A DNA stretch of 60,551 bases, filler included, from Catajapyx aquilonaris (Eukaryota), in assembly GCA_000934665.2 (NCBI GenBank). It is 3 parts of 3 records of this genome, joined end to end, with 100 filler letters (N's around TTAATTAATTAA, not from the genome) between each part and the next. Parts side by side here need not be neighbours in the genome. Positions count along the whole stretch, not along the records: positions 1 to 20,111 come from JYFJ02006345.1; positions 20,212 to 40,402 come from KZ539518.1; 1 more part is not named here. One strand, written 5' to 3'. Position 1 is the first letter of the stretch. The number at the start of each line of letters is the position of its first letter. Below, piece after piece: positions 11,500 to 25,270 of the stretch. The position numbers and the translations under genes are program-made. Under the pieces are notes generated by a model. The model did no database searches. It was not told where the DNA came from and saw only the letters and a program-made list of their open reading frames with translations.

Positions 11500-12159
11500 A
11501 CCTAAAGGATCCTACTTAATTCTGTTAAAATCATGCACTTGAAATCTGCATACTTCTGCCATAAATTACCGGAAAGAACACTGAATTAATTTCACCGGTA
11601 TGACCTTTAAATCCCTTTTTCTCAAAACTGTTCTCATGTGGGTTGATGCATTATTGCATAACACCGTCCAATTATCAAAATAATACAGTAGGTACCCGTT
11701 TTACACCCCTCAATTTTACGCCGTTCTACATTAACGCCAGTTTGAAAATGACATCATAAAATTTTTAAATTGAAAAATTGTGATAACGTGGAAATTATGA
11801 TAGCTTGCTGGTTGTGAAGTGGCCAAGAAAGATTTCCCATGCGGGAAGTACCCGTTTTACGCAGCTCCATTTTACCCCGGTTTTAAAATTACTTTTGAAA
11901 ATTTTGTATCAGAATTAAAAATATATATATTTTATGACAACACAATCTAAACATGAAGGCATCACTCCAACACTTCTGAGACCAAACACACGAACGTATA
12001 CCTGCTCTTCTTTCCTCTGTGTTTCCTGGTCCCTTGTGGCTGGTTCTCTCGATATATGAACTGTACAGTACTGTATTGTTCGGTATTGTTGATCTCGGCA
12101 CTCCCCTAAGTACTCCAACCGTTCATTGTTACAATACCCTACTCGTATACTGCAATTAT

Positions 12160-12504
12160 TATTTTTTTTTATTTTTATTTTTTTTATTGTACCCCGTTGG
12201 GAGTTAATTTCCATTAGGGGGGTGGAATTACCACCATTTGGGTGGAACTGGTGTACTGTGTGATAGTACTTAGTGTGTTCCAAGGGTAGGTATAGGAGGG
12301 GATGTGCAAAGTGCGTGTGCACAGACGTTGTATTTGCCGTTTTGTGAACTCCCCCGGGTGGCTTATGTGCAAGGATCGCCACCCGAAACGAAGCCAGAGA
12401 CGGTCTCACTCTGCACGAAAGAAGGTGGGACCCCGGGTGGAGATTGAACCCGGGACCTTAACTTCCGTGGGCGCACGCGTTACCACGGCGCCACTCCGTC
12501 TCCC
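12160..12504 (-). mobile_element. tRNA-derived SINE, family C, copy 1
   Basis: Minus-strand head GGGAGACGGAGTGGCGCCGTGGTAAC...GGTTCAATC. Body shared with 23356-23769 and 58391-59057. 16-bp TSD CGTATACTGCAATTAT. Confidence 0.8.
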
Positions 12505-13458
12505 TCCGTATACTGCAATTATATTATTCTTGCTAACCTGCCCGTTGCTCTATTGTCTTCATTGTTGAATATGCAATGTTGATTATTGTTGTAGAACATG
12601 AGCGAGAGAGGCAGATCCATCATTTGGGCTTGTTGACAGCCAGGGTTGCTAGGCTATTGCTAAATCTGCTGAAAACCGCCCTTAGGCTCAAAAAAGTTCG
12701 GGTTTGGGACTTTTCCCGGGGTCAGTGATATGTAAGACATGGCTCTGAGAAATTTGAGCGCTCTCCGTGCCCGGGAAGTGGCTTAATTAGGCGTGATAAA
12801 TAAATCAATAAATAAATATATGTACAAATTTTGAGCTTTATATATATAGGGATTGTGAATAAAATATCCACGAGCAGTTTTGACATATCCACATTATATT
12901 AATAGTGGGGTACACACTTGTACAGCACCGGGCATAATTATTAGCATACCATAAGTGTAAACAACGGCTTTGGCGTTACCTGGCAACTGGGCGTGTTCGG
13001 ACATCGGCATATGGAGAGTGCTTAGCGTTCTTTCTATTGTTGCCACTGTTTACAGGTCGCGATTGATGCTGGGCGACCTAGCGACGGGTCTGCAGGCTTA
13101 CTAATGCATGGCATCGGAATAAGCGGGATGAGGGGATATTATTTGAGAAGGCGCTGTGTTATTATTACACTATCGTCACTTTCCAGCATGAGTCAGGATG
13201 CATGGAGTTATACTGAATGATCGGGAAGGACTCCGGTATGCTCTTGTCTGCCAATTTAATATAAGGTCCACATTGAATGTCATCCACTCCCAATCAAGTC
13301 CAGTGTAACGGTTGAAAGGGGAGAGGGTGTGAATGAGAGTGGGTTGGGTAAGGAACACATTCTCGTTCTGAATTACTGTCAGAGTCTGAAATGTTGGATT
13401 TCTTCATTTTGTGAGATTCAGGTCTGACTCTCAGAACGTTTTGAGAATAACTGACAGT

Positions 13459-13704
13459 GAGTGGCTGAGAAGCAGAGTGGTTCTTGTCGAAAAATATAGT
13501 TTTGAGATAAACGCATGCAAAGTTCTAGGCTTGCCTTTGCAGCCATGGTAAAAGTAAGTCACATTAACTTAATAATTTGATAGCAAATATTACAAACGTC
13601 TCTAGGCCAAGTTACAAAACAGAGTTGGGCATGGGGAATGCCATGTAAACGACAACTCAAAATTGCCGAATTTCGACATGAACCACTCGGCTTCTCAGCC
13701 ACTC
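13459..13704. mobile_element. MITE with about 33-bp TIRs and GAG termini (possibly Sola-like)
   Basis: GAGTGGCTGAGAAGCAGAGTGGTTCTTGTCGAAA versus TTTCGACATGAACCACTCGGCTTCTCAGCCACTC. No clear TSD. Confidence 0.7.
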
Positions 13705-15017
13705 AACTGATTTATCAAGATCCACGGCAGTGCATCCGCCAAGTCCAAGCAACTTCCACCGCCACTGACCCAGACTATTAGCCTCTTCTCTCTTACTTAT
13801 ACTTCTGATGTGTTTGACTATGCTTTTTCATTCAAATTATTTATGCTTTTCTCATACAGTCATATTTCCAAGACTAGAGTTGATATCAATGCAGTCACAG
13901 TATGAAACAATCCGACATATGCTCTTAATAATGCCTTCAGCGTGGATGGACAATGCGAATGCCATCTAACAGCTCAATTCAATCTGTCACCATTGAATAA
14001 CTTTGGATATAATTATGATAAGAGAGAGCACAAGTGGCAGCAAAGGAACCTCTCAATGATTGTTCAATTTATTTTGCACGACTGTAAATGGCTTCCACGA
14101 TTCAAAACCAATAGTAAGTGTTGACTGCAAGGCATTCATGCGAAATGAAGAGAACCGTTTGCAAAGCAACGCCAAAGGATTCCTGCAAGATGAAATTCCA
14201 ATAAATGCACCTTTCCTTGCAGACAGCCCTATCCTGCTTTCTTTCTGGTGGATGCTTTGTGTCATTTGAAATTCCTCTTAGAAGTAGCATTGTAAGATAT
14301 TTCTCCTTTTAATATTGCGTCATAACATTACATCGTCAACTTAGGAAAATAATGAATAAGTTCATGATATGTGCACTTCTTTCGGATTGAAACTCTTTCA
14401 ATCCTGACCTCGGTTAATTTGGGCATTCCCAGCCCACTGCGAATACTTGATAATCTGAAGATCAGTTTCGAAGCAGTAGTATTTCAACAGTTTCAAGAGG
14501 AGAAGCTAGTAATCCGATAATTAGAAATCCATTTTAATGAGACTGAACCTCTGAGAATAGCTCGGGTCGCGTGCAAAAGCAGCATCTTGAGCCAGCCCTA
14601 TAGTCATAAGCCGCAGTATCACATTGTTTACCGGATTTGTTGTGCTTACAGTAAACCTACCCCATTTCTCCTCAACGGATATAATCCACTGCTGCAGGGA
14701 TCTCAACTCGATTTGATAGAGAGCCACATCCGGCCACATCAGCTTGCGTGAACTTTAGTGCGGGCCGGGAATAAGAGCGCCGTGGGCGAAATTTTTGTGT
14801 GCTCAAGGTCACGCAAGCTTAGGTGAATGTAACTGACAAAGTACAGTGGGATCCTAAAATCCAAGATGTGCATATTAAATAATCCGTAACAGACGCCCAA
14901 GTTAGTAGTCACTTTCAGAAGGACTCACTTTTACGTTTTACCTCTTCATTTTTGCCCGTCCTGATACACAAATAACTGCTGTGATGCGGGAATCGGCAGG
15001 ATAAACTGATGACTAAC

Positions 15018-15200
15018 ACCGAAGCAGTAGTGGTGGAGTGGATATGGTATCCGACTGCTAATCGGGAGGTCTTGGGTTCGAGTCCCGGAGGCCGGCGGTA
15101 CTGACCTTGGTTTTCTGTGGTTTTCCAAGGTCGCCCCAAGATAATTTCCGGGATCGTACCGTAAAATAGGCCACAGCCGCTTCATTCCTATCCTTGTCCT
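15018..15200 (+). mobile_element. tRNA-derived SINE, family B (Lm1/Inv-like core), copy 1
   Basis: Head ACCGAAGCAG..GGAGTGGAT..GGTTCGAGTCCC. Core GGTTTTCTGTGGTTTTCC...CCGGGATCGTACCGTAAAATAGGCCACAGCCGCTTC. Sister copy at 41537-41865. Confidence 0.75.
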
Positions 15201-15646
15201 GTCCTTGAGGAGGTGCGGTGGGGAGTTTCTGACCCGCATCTAGGGGGTGTATTGAAGCTTGGCCCCCTGGGGGACTGCACACGACCCCCAAATTTAGGAA
15301 CATCGCACTTGCACCCGTATCCCCCCCCCCCTCACAAATCCCTATCCTGACCCCTGCACCGAAGAGAAAAAAATGCGATGAAAATTTCGTAAGAAAAATG
15401 GTGGTAACCCACCCCCCTAAAAGGGCTCTGTTCCCTCTAATGGGGTAAAGCTAAAAATATATAATATAAAAAATATATAAAAAACTGGCGACTAACCAGT
15501 ATACACGGGGTATAAAGCACGACTAAAGAGTAACTTGGCAGGATGGGCCTAAGATGAGGACTGATTTTTTAGTCCCAGTTTCTTTTCTCTTTTCCCCCCA
15601 AACCAGGCGACATAGGCACCCCCAACGCTATAGCGTGGGGCATTAA

Positions 15647-15773
15647 CCCATTTATGCCTTAGGTTGATATTTCTAACTTCGTATAGGTTACCCAGAAATA
15701 TTCAAGAAAGTGGGATATGAATACCTCCCACGAGACTGGCCGTTCCAAAAATGGAACGCTAGGCATAAATGGG
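15647..15773. mobile_element. piggyBac-type MITE (127 bp)
   Basis: TTAA|CCCATTTATGCCT ... AGGCATAAATGGG|TTAA. Confidence 0.85.
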
Positions 15774-16041
15774 TTAAAATTACGGACACTGTCAGGCGGT
15801 CATTCTGTGAGCCACCAGACTCCGAACATCTGTATATCTGGATAGCATTTTCTCTGCGGCCAGTCGAACCTCTGCCCTTGAGCGTGTTGGTGCTACCGAA
15901 CACTACACCTGACACTTTCAGAAAAAATATTTTCCCAGACATCCTCACTGAACCCATGGCAGAGCGTGGATCGTTGGAGTTACGGCAGTAATGGCAGTAG
16001 ATCGAGTATGGGGACCACGTGGAGCGTAAGGTATATTACGG

Positions 16042-16200
16042 TACTGGATCTTTGGGTGCAAGTCTCGTTATGATCGGGCCAAAAAAGTATGTCTGGACTT
16101 ATTCCCGAAGGACTTACGCCTGAGGAAGAAATGGGAGGTCGAACTGCGCATGGAAAAAGTTATTGCCACCAGCACCTATACTTGCACAAAGCTGGAAGTA
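16042..16200 (+). pseudogene. Degenerate THAP-domain fragment, probably a transposase remnant
   Basis: Frame from 16042 reads YWIFGCKSRYDRAKKVCLDLFPKDLRLRKKWEVELRMEKVIATSTYTCTKLE. It keeps the THAP-like GC...FPxD..R..W...C pattern but lacks the first Cys and the HF, and has an upstream in-frame stop. Confidence 0.5.
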
Positions 16201-18061
16201 ACTTTCTGTACGATGCTGAAAATACACTTGGGTCAACTTTGTCGAAAGACTTGCAATAAATTCCTCCTCTGGGTACGCCAGCACAACTAATACGCTCTTA
16301 TCACTGCACTATACTACAAAATAGTGAAAAGGGATTATTGGACCTAATCTGGGAGATAGAAAAAACCATAAATGACCATATATTTGGCATGCGCGTCACG
16401 GAAACGTGATTCGTAGTAATTATTACTGCTGAACGACTTTGGTCCTTTCAGGAGCACAAAGAATACTCCGCAAAAAAACCAAACATGCCTCTGAAGAAAT
16501 GGGTGCGGAATAGGCCCAAAAAGTCCCAAAATTGCTTCAAAACGTTCAAAAACTACCCCCAACATGCCAAATAGGCATGAAAAGTCGCAAAAAGCCAGAA
16601 CAGGCAAAATAGTTCCCAAAAACACGAAATAAGCAATTTTAGGCACTATAAAACCTACATATTCTACATCCTGAACTTATGAAACGGATAATATAATTCA
16701 CAAAACCATCCCAACTGTTAAGGAACTAAATAGGGCAGTGGTTTCCAACCTTTTACCAACTCCGACCTCCTAAACATGTTTCCATAAATGTGCGANACCC
16801 ACCACCCGGCCCCTTCTACAACTGGCCCCTTTCCAGAAAACATACACTCTGTACGCCGCAAAAATGGTTCAATTGACACAGAAATTGCAAAAATAAAAGT
16901 TGAACCAAGGCTCGCGCCCCCCCCGCGACCCACCAGTTGGTAACCACTGAAATAGGCATTTGCCTAAAAATCCGGACTCTAGTATTAAATGAGTCATTCT
17001 GGCGCTTCTTTCGATTTAAAATGCACATTATTTGAATTAATAATAATTGAGTGGCCCACATTTACTCTAGTGTTGAGGTGTAGTGTTGAGAGTATGGATA
17101 GTTATACAGTCTATTCTTCTGTTTTTTTAAATTAAATAAGGGATTGGGCCTGAGTACGCGTTGTCTGGAGTGTACTGTGAAGTTCGCGCGATTGCGCTAC
17201 AAATACCATGAGGTTCATAAAATTCAGCATTCATAAACATTATTAGGGTTATATTCAAAATAATGTTGGTAAACTCCTCGACCTCTTCCTGCCTTTGAAG
17301 AGAGTCGGATCGACCACACTATATTAGGTGAAAAGGTCGGCTTATCTTCAGGGCTTTCATTCAGCGCTTCAGACGGTCTCATAAGCATGTGAGCCACTAA
17401 AAGGCTATACGAAAACAATTTTTGCAAACAGTAAATTATGAGGAGCATTTCCCCATGCATTACTAGTTTTTATGCACCAGAAAATTTGTACGAATTTTTT
17501 CAACCTCGAACTAACAATCAACAAGAAGTAATGTTTTTACAAAATACTCGATTTTTTAATTTCGTATTTTAAACAAAAAATATTATTACAGTCACTCGTG
17601 TACCTCTGATTCGTAGTTTGGTCGAGTGAACGCAAAGTGCTAATGCATCATTATTGAATAATATTTGTTTTAGTGTAACGGTGTCAAATCAACTCAGGTT
17701 ATTAGAAGATGCACGGATGGGACAGGTGGAGATGCAAATGAAGAGGATATAATTTTTTTTTTTTTGCTTGGTACCCCCAACAATACCTACTCGACTTGGG
17801 TGGCATTGCCCAAGGCATTGCCACTATAGCCGATGTAGCTCTCAGGTTATTGAAATGAACAAATGCCGAGGTGATATTTATTAGATTTCCACTATTAAGA
17901 AACTGCGTCCCAGCATCAGAATCAAATCTTGATTATATCCATTCCACCGATCAGGACGTGGACAAACTTTTACTGCTCGAAATCTTTAAATTTTGAAATG
18001 CTCTTTTTCATACGTATTAATCAATCTGGTTTGACGTCACGTCCATTTCCATTCACTACTT

Positions 18062-18829
18062 CTGATATTATATCAAAAACTTTCCCTTCAGTAAAAAAAA
18101 GAGAAGTAAGACCTCCGCGGCGGAATAAAAGTACTGAAACAAGGCAGGCGCACGTAAGACCTTCACCATTTGATTTAAGCTGTACCATAGGTCTTACTCA
18201 AGCAATTTCCAATTCACTGCTCATGACGTCTCCTTTTTGAAACAAATCTGTGGAGTTTCTGTCGTACTACTAGTTATTACTTCTAACTTAGCAGTACCAG
18301 TGTAGTGCAATGGTATACTGCTATGTTAGCAGTATCCTAGCTCTGGTTGGCAGTATTAGTTTTCCATGAGCCACTCCATATCAGTGTTTTATGAAATTAG
18401 GAACTTCAATATTAAGCACATTGAATTTCTATGCTATTAGTGAGAATTATTGCCATGAAACATTCATGCAGAATCTTGTAGATGCTGATTTTAACTCTAA
18501 CGTCTAATTTTTCACATATAAGCGTTAATTGGTGAATTTTAGAGGGTCTTTTTCGATTGGACCAAGTCTGTTAGGATGGGTTTAGTTTTTCCCCCATTTT
18601 TTTCTTTTCATAATAAAATCCCACCTACTGCTCTGAGTAGTTTGCAGCAGTCATTTTACGAGCCGTTCCATACCGGACTTGAGAATTGCTTGAGTAAGAC
18701 CTATGGTACAGCTTAAATCAATTGGTGAAGGTCTTACGTGCGCCTGCCTTGTTTCAGTACTTTTATTCCGCCGCGGAGGTCTTACTTCTCTTTTTTTTAC
18801 CGAAGGGAAAGTTTTTGATATAATTTCAG
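18062..18829. mobile_element. Fold-back element with about 145-bp near-perfect TIRs
   Basis: About 18068-18208 (TTATATCAAAAACTTTCCCTTC...GGTCTTACTCAAGCAATT) is the reverse complement of about 18684-18823 with about 2 mismatches. Confidence 0.8.
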
Positions 18830-20111
18830 TTCTTTTTTGACAGTACACGTAACTTTAAACTTATGCTCTACAGTGTCTACACTATACAGTCTGCACTATG
18901 AATGCATTGGAGACGATTTTCGTCGCTTAGAAGTCCCTAAAATTATTTTCACAGAGACAGTCGTAAAAAAACGAAAGTTGAGTGCTACCAGCCAACGGTT
19001 AGTCTGATTTAATTATTATGAAATAGCCTGTACGCTAAAATATACGGAATATATACATTGAGAACTGTACCAGACGATACAAAAAACGCAAAGGTACATT
19101 GAAGTTGGGTGAAAACCCAACAGCGACAGTAGGACTCGGCGTCGCTCATCTTGTCCTCCTTTGACCCACAACAATATATGAGGTTGTAAACAACAACTGA
19201 CGTTTCTAGGTGATGGCGACATGAACAAGTGAAGTAATGACAGAAAAAATACGAGGTAAAAAAAATCACAGCTCCAATCCTGTAGCAGGTGGAACTGTGA
19301 TATTTCGAACATAGATCCGCACCATCCTACTGGGTGGTTCCATTTCAAATCAGGCGGAGGCTGTCAGGGCTTGGTCTCCGATTATTACGGAAAAATTACA
19401 CGAAGTACCGCTGTCGAAATGATGACGAATGACACTGGCTATTTTTCAGTGTCATTTTTTATTTGCCCTGAAAAAAATTATAACCGCAGGGGTACCAAAT
19501 CTGATATTTCTCGAAGTTAATTTTTTGTCAACTTTGGACGCGTGTACCAATTTTCCTGTTCGTTACAGAAAAACCAAATTTGGAATGGAGCAACTGCCTA
19601 CGTAGGTATGAATTTTCGATATAAAATAATTGCGAATGTATAATGAGCAACCGCGCAAAGAATTGGCAAAAATGCTGTTTTACGACATTTTAGCAGTTTT
19701 CGCGAATTTTTTTCTTGGCAAAAAAAATATTTGTGGGCAAATGAAACATGTAGACTTTGAGTACAACTCATACCCTCTCTACTTATCAGCGTTGTTAAGC
19801 TTTGAAGTCAAATGTTAACAGCGGAGCCATTGTTGAACATTGTCAACTTCGCAAAACATGGTTTGGAAGAAAATAATTTTCTCAAAAACACCACCCGATA
19901 ATTGAACGCCTATTTATTTCTGGACAGAGGAACATGTGAGCCACACACCAGTGCGAAAATCTCTCTCCTCCCGAGGTTTATGATCCCGATTTGAATTTTA
20001 TTACTTACTCGTTCCCGGCGCTCTCCATGTAGCCCACCGACCCAATCCCATGGCTCATAGCATCATGTACCCCGGTACATTTGATTAGAACTTCTCTCGT
20101 ACATGTAGGCT

Positions 20112-20211
20112 NNNNNNNNNNNNNNNNNNNNNNNNNNNNNNNNNNNNNNNNNNNNTTAATTAATTAANNNNNNNNNNNNNNNNNNNNNNNNNNNNNNNNN
20201 NNNNNNNNNNN
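20112..20211. other. Artificial contig linker N44-TTAATTAATTAA-N44
   Basis: Exactly 100 bp. The 12-mer has stop codons in all six frames. An identical linker is at 40403-40502. Confidence 0.95.
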
Positions 20212-21217
20212 TGACGTCACGATCCTGCCAATTTTGATTTAGAGGTGATATTTCCCGTTTAAAGGTGACCACGGCAGCTCCCATCTCAGCACGTCACCTC
20301 TAAACCTGAGTCACCTTAAAATCCTCCTGTCATTGTCCCCTATACATTGACGTCACCTTTATTGATGCGGAAATTACTTCCTCCTGTCACCTTTATTCAA
20401 CGAATCCCCTATAATTCCCTACTGCCGCATTACGGATCACCTTTAAAACAACTCTAAAGGGGATATTAAAGGTGACCGGACTAAGAGTGTAGCGTAGGTG
20501 ACACTTATACCTGGAGGCTTTCCATGGGTATACAAGGGGGACAGTTGCATATAATGACGTGAAGTTATCCCTATTATTCTTTAGACACGTGAAGAAATAA
20601 AGCCATTTCTTCGATTTTTCAGGAACATTTTTTGTGTAACATTCCCCCCTTTTCCCCTAGAGCCTAGACTCTTCAACTGTACTGGTATATGGAGCGATTA
20701 CTCTACATACAGGTTTCACTGTAGCAGTTTTCACAATGTAACCTCCATGAAGCGGTCAGAAACCTGCGAATAATATAAATTCAGGAATATTGTTTTGTTT
20801 CTGGTTTGGATCTTGTTATGTTTACATCGTTATTTCATTGTCGGGTCAAAATATTGACATAAAAATAATGTTTTACGCCATTCGATGTGTGTACAGAATA
20901 TACGAGGTTAAAGTTCCCCAGGTTAGGGTGCGACCTGGTTGCGACCTATAGGTTATTCTATTTTTATTTGTCATGGTCGCATAAATTAAAACTGCTGTTA
21001 TAACAGCAGGAGGAACTGCACATAATTGAAGGGCTCCATGGAAGAAGGGGGTAACTAATATTCTGGCCAATTTTGTGTTAGGCACGTTGAAGAAGGGGGT
21101 AGCTGCAGCGCTACCAATATACGTAGCATTTACAGTCTTCTCGAGTTGGGCAGTGCATGAAGGGGGTAAGTCTCGACGTAAAGCCCTTCGTGGCACATGT
21201 GTGCATGGAAGAAGGAG

Positions 21218-21646
<429 letters not shown>

Positions 21647-23354
21647 GAAGGAGGTAATTGCCATCATGTTGTCTGGATCTGCCAGGATAAGTCAGCCCGA
21701 GTCAGCCCATAGTCGAGTGTATGGACCATTATATGCAAAACGCTTTCCCGACAATTACCTTTACTTTCCCCGCGGTTCCCATTTTGCCGATTTTTGGATA
21801 ATAGCGGTGCCCCCCCCCCCCCCCCCCNCCCCCCCCGGATCCGCCACTGGTAACGAGAGAGATTTCGCATCATGAGGTTACCATGTGACACCCACAGGGA
21901 AGTATTATTATCACTCATAGATCCAAAGATATAGGTCTAAGCAAGAAACTTTGCCTTGCATTATCTCGAAATGGATTCCTTATTACTTATACCCCCTTCT
22001 TTCATGGAACCCTTCAATTATACTTATGTGCAGTTCCTCCTGCTTTTACCATTGAGATAGTGTACTGGACCAAGAGCTTGACTGTACAGATTAGACACGC
22101 AATATATTTAGATGCAGTGACATCGGAACCGTGGGGGCGGTGGCCAGTATGAAATTGTCCCAGCAATAATTAATCTCCATTTTGTTTATACTCTTAAAAA
22201 ACTAAACGTTAACAAATAGACTCAACCTGCATTTTTGCATGATTAGTTACGGACCCAAACGGAGAGGGGGAGGGGGGAGGGGAACTGTCGCATTTCAAAC
22301 GGGACTCTTTGAGCTCCAGCTATCACTGGGGGCAGGAGTTGGGTTGGGTTATTCAGAATTTCAGATGCGGGCATGCTGCAAAGGTTGGATCGGAAGGAAG
22401 GCTTCTAGTAAGTGCAATAAATGGAAGCCCGTTACAACGGGCCCAGTCGGTGATAGTCAAAAGAATCCTTGTAGCAGTGACACTAGTCAGATTACTGTAC
22501 TTTCTCCTGGAAAAGGGAAAGAGGCCCTCTTTTAGTTAGGGTGTGAACTCATGTCCTCTTGGATCGGTGCATCTGATCGTCCCTAAACACCCCTCGCTCC
22601 TTCCTTCCAATATTCCCCCTCCCGCCCTTCCGCTGTTGACCCACCCCAGACATGAATAATTAGAATATGTGTTGTGATGTGCGTAAGTGACCAAGAATGA
22701 AGAGAGCGAAACACTCTCTTCACCTACTTTGGGAAGAAATAGGGAAACATTCCAAAGGCGATTATTGAAGGTCCGTACTACTGCCTACTACATTGTTTTA
22801 CGATGCTTTATCACTTGTTACATTAGTAGGCTATATTAAATAAACTTGAACTTGAGGCTAATGTGAAAGTGTTTGGGAGAAAAAAACGACACCATTTTGA
22901 GTCCTGTTCATTTTGTTCTGGACAAAATGCAGAACTCAACAACTTTTGTTCCTGGACGATTATTATTTTTGTGCGGCACAAATTCCACACTCGTTCCAAC
23001 ACAATATTATAGCTTCACAGCCTTGCGAGGTCGGCTGTCTTGGCTTCCGCCGTTGGATTCCCATTTTGTGACGAGCACAATTTGTGAAAAGTATAAAATT
23101 TTCTCCTTCGGAAGAATCCAGAATAATTGCTCTTCATTATGTGATCCCTTTTTGTGATTCCCATCGAAATGCTTTTGTACTCAAAAGTAGTGCCGGTGGA
23201 AACAGACCACAATACACGCAGGTGTATTTTATTGTCATTTAGATCGCATCCGTATAAGCGAAATAATCGGGGAATTAACTATATTGTTGATAAAGCAATT
23301 AAGTTAAATATGATTTCAAATTCTAAATGACAGATAACGCGAATAATTACTTAT

Positions 23355-23355
<1 letters not shown>

Positions 23356-23401
<46 letters not shown>

Positions 23402-23769
23402 CATCCTCATCATCATCATCGTCATCGTCATCGTGGGGGGTAGTGCTTCACCTTATCGGTATCTCGCACGGACCTTCATTGATAATCGTTCGTACATTGC
23501 GTACATGTCGGAACCTTTCACGAAGCGCCCGGGCCCATGGACAGGATGACAGGAGGTAATGTGCAAAGTGCAGTGCAATGTCGTTGATGAGGTCAATTTG
23601 TGAACTCTCCCGAGTGGTTTGTCTTAACGGAGATAGGCTACCACCCGAGACGAAGCCAGAGAGACTCATAATGTGCAAGAGATGAAGGGTGTAACCCCGG
23701 GCTGGGATCTAACCCGAGACATTAACATCCGTGGGCGCATACATTACCGCAGCGCCACTCCACCTCCCT
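23356..23769 (-). mobile_element. SINE family C, copy 2, with (GAT)n tail
   Basis: Shared blocks GTGAACTC..CCACCCGAGACGAAGCCAGAGA..GCGCCACTCC. (ATC)n tract at 23355-23433. TSD AATAATTACT. Confidence 0.8.
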
Positions 23770-23793
23770 AATAATTACTCATACATATTATTA

Positions 23794-24520
23794 TCTAATA
23801 TATATAAAGCCCCACGCCGAGGAGGAGGAGGAGGAGGAGGAGGATATAGGATGGAAAAGTTCTCCCACTTCCCGAGGTCGTACAGACCTCGGACTTACAC
23901 CGTTGTATTCCTTGCACCCGGTTTCCTATTTTCAAAAATCCTCATAACCGCGAATTTCCCAGCCGTTTTCGAGATCACCAAATTAAATGTAGACGCAAAC
24001 CCGAGATCGCGAAATTAATGTATATCCGCCAACTCCCCCGGTTCCCCGAGAACAATGGACCACCCACTCCCCTCCACCCGCTTGTCACTCAAACCAGGGC
24101 CACCTGCTCAAACCCACAGTTCAAACCAACCCGTTGGAATGATACGTCACAGATGGTCCCACCTGTCCTCCCAAGCGCTGTTTTGAACGATACGTCAGAG
24201 AGGGCACGTTCGGAAACTCCTCATCGCTACCGGTGACGTCACTGATTTTTGTAACCGGATGGATTAGGCGGAATACGGGCGCACTCATTGTTGTTGGTTG
24301 ATTGTCTGGGTGGTGGGTTGGTTGATTGTTGCAGGTGTGGTATTTGTCATGCTTCATTGGTGACTCCGTTGACGACATACTCCGGGTTATTGTTGCCAGC
24401 TCTCTAGCGGTGCCGGGTAGGCCCGGGCGGGAACGCGTAGCGCCGAAGGCGCGCCAATTGGGGCGCAGCCCCAAGGGGGGGTGTGGGGGGGGGCGGAGCC
24501 CCCCCGCCTCGCAAAGCGAG
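23794..24520 (+). mobile_element. Possible non-autonomous Helitron-like element
   Basis: 5' A|TCTAATATATATAAAG resembles the 12852 end. (GGA)n microsatellite follows. 3' hairpins GGGGCGCAGCCCC and GGGGGCGGAGCCCCC. Terminal CGAG|T instead of CTAG. Confidence 0.45.
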
Positions 24521-24909
24521 TATTGTAATAAACAGGCATGTTGTCTTTATGCAAAGATATTAATTTGCCTTTGCAAGGAAATTAAAACCTAACTTTGGCA
24601 TACAAAACAGTCACCTGAAGTATTTTGATTCTGAGCATGCTGTTATCAATAATTTTCTGCAAAAGCAATAGGTTCATTATTTTTGTTTATGCGGTTTTTA
24701 TCGGAAATGTGCAAAACACTGGGACAGTTTTCTGAAATTTTAAATCAAAATACAATCGGAAGACAAAGGAGAGGAGGTGCCTAACCTTCCTGCCGTCTGC
24801 GTCGTTACTAATATACGCTTTTTAAGCACTTGTAACGCCCGAATTAAGATCGATTATGATTCCGTTTGTATTCTGCCTCTGGTTTAAAAAATGTAAGGCA
24901 CGCGCATTA

Positions 24910-25270
24910 GGGGCTTCTCAGTGGTGTATAGTAACTAACGTCACTGCCTTCCACCTCTGGTCCCGCGCTAGATCTCCCGGATAGGACAGAGGGTTCTATG
25001 AGGAAATATACGAAATACTGTATAATATACGAGAGGTTCTCTCCGCTTTGGTGTGTGGGCTTTCTCGGGTTCTCTTTTTTCCTCCGACTGTCCGACAGTC
25101 CAAAAATCTCTCCTTCCCTCTGACGTGCCTCTCACCATCTCCTATGCCAGACTGTAGTCGCTTTGGTTCCCTCAATCAACCAACCAACCAATTGTATCCT
25201 GCCTCGATGCACTCTCCCAAGGTCAATGCGAACAAAAACCAAAGTGCGGCAAAGTGCTGATGGTTGTGGA
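24910..25270 (+). mobile_element. Diverged SINE related to family A with a different 3' half
   Basis: GTGGTGTATAGT..GCCTTCCACCTCT..GGACAGAGG..GGTTCTCTCCG..GTGGGCTTTCTCGGGTTCTC match family A. The downstream sequence does not. Confidence 0.55.

Larger units (their letters stand above)
10574..12852 (-). mobile_element. Non-autonomous Helitron-like element carrying nested insertions
   Basis: Minus-strand 5' end A|TCCCTATATATATAAAG at 12852. Minus-strand 3' end CCCGT-GCGAAGA-ACGGG hairpin then TACCGCAG-CTAG|T at 10574. AT target, no TSD. That both ends belong to one element is inferred. Confidence 0.6.
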
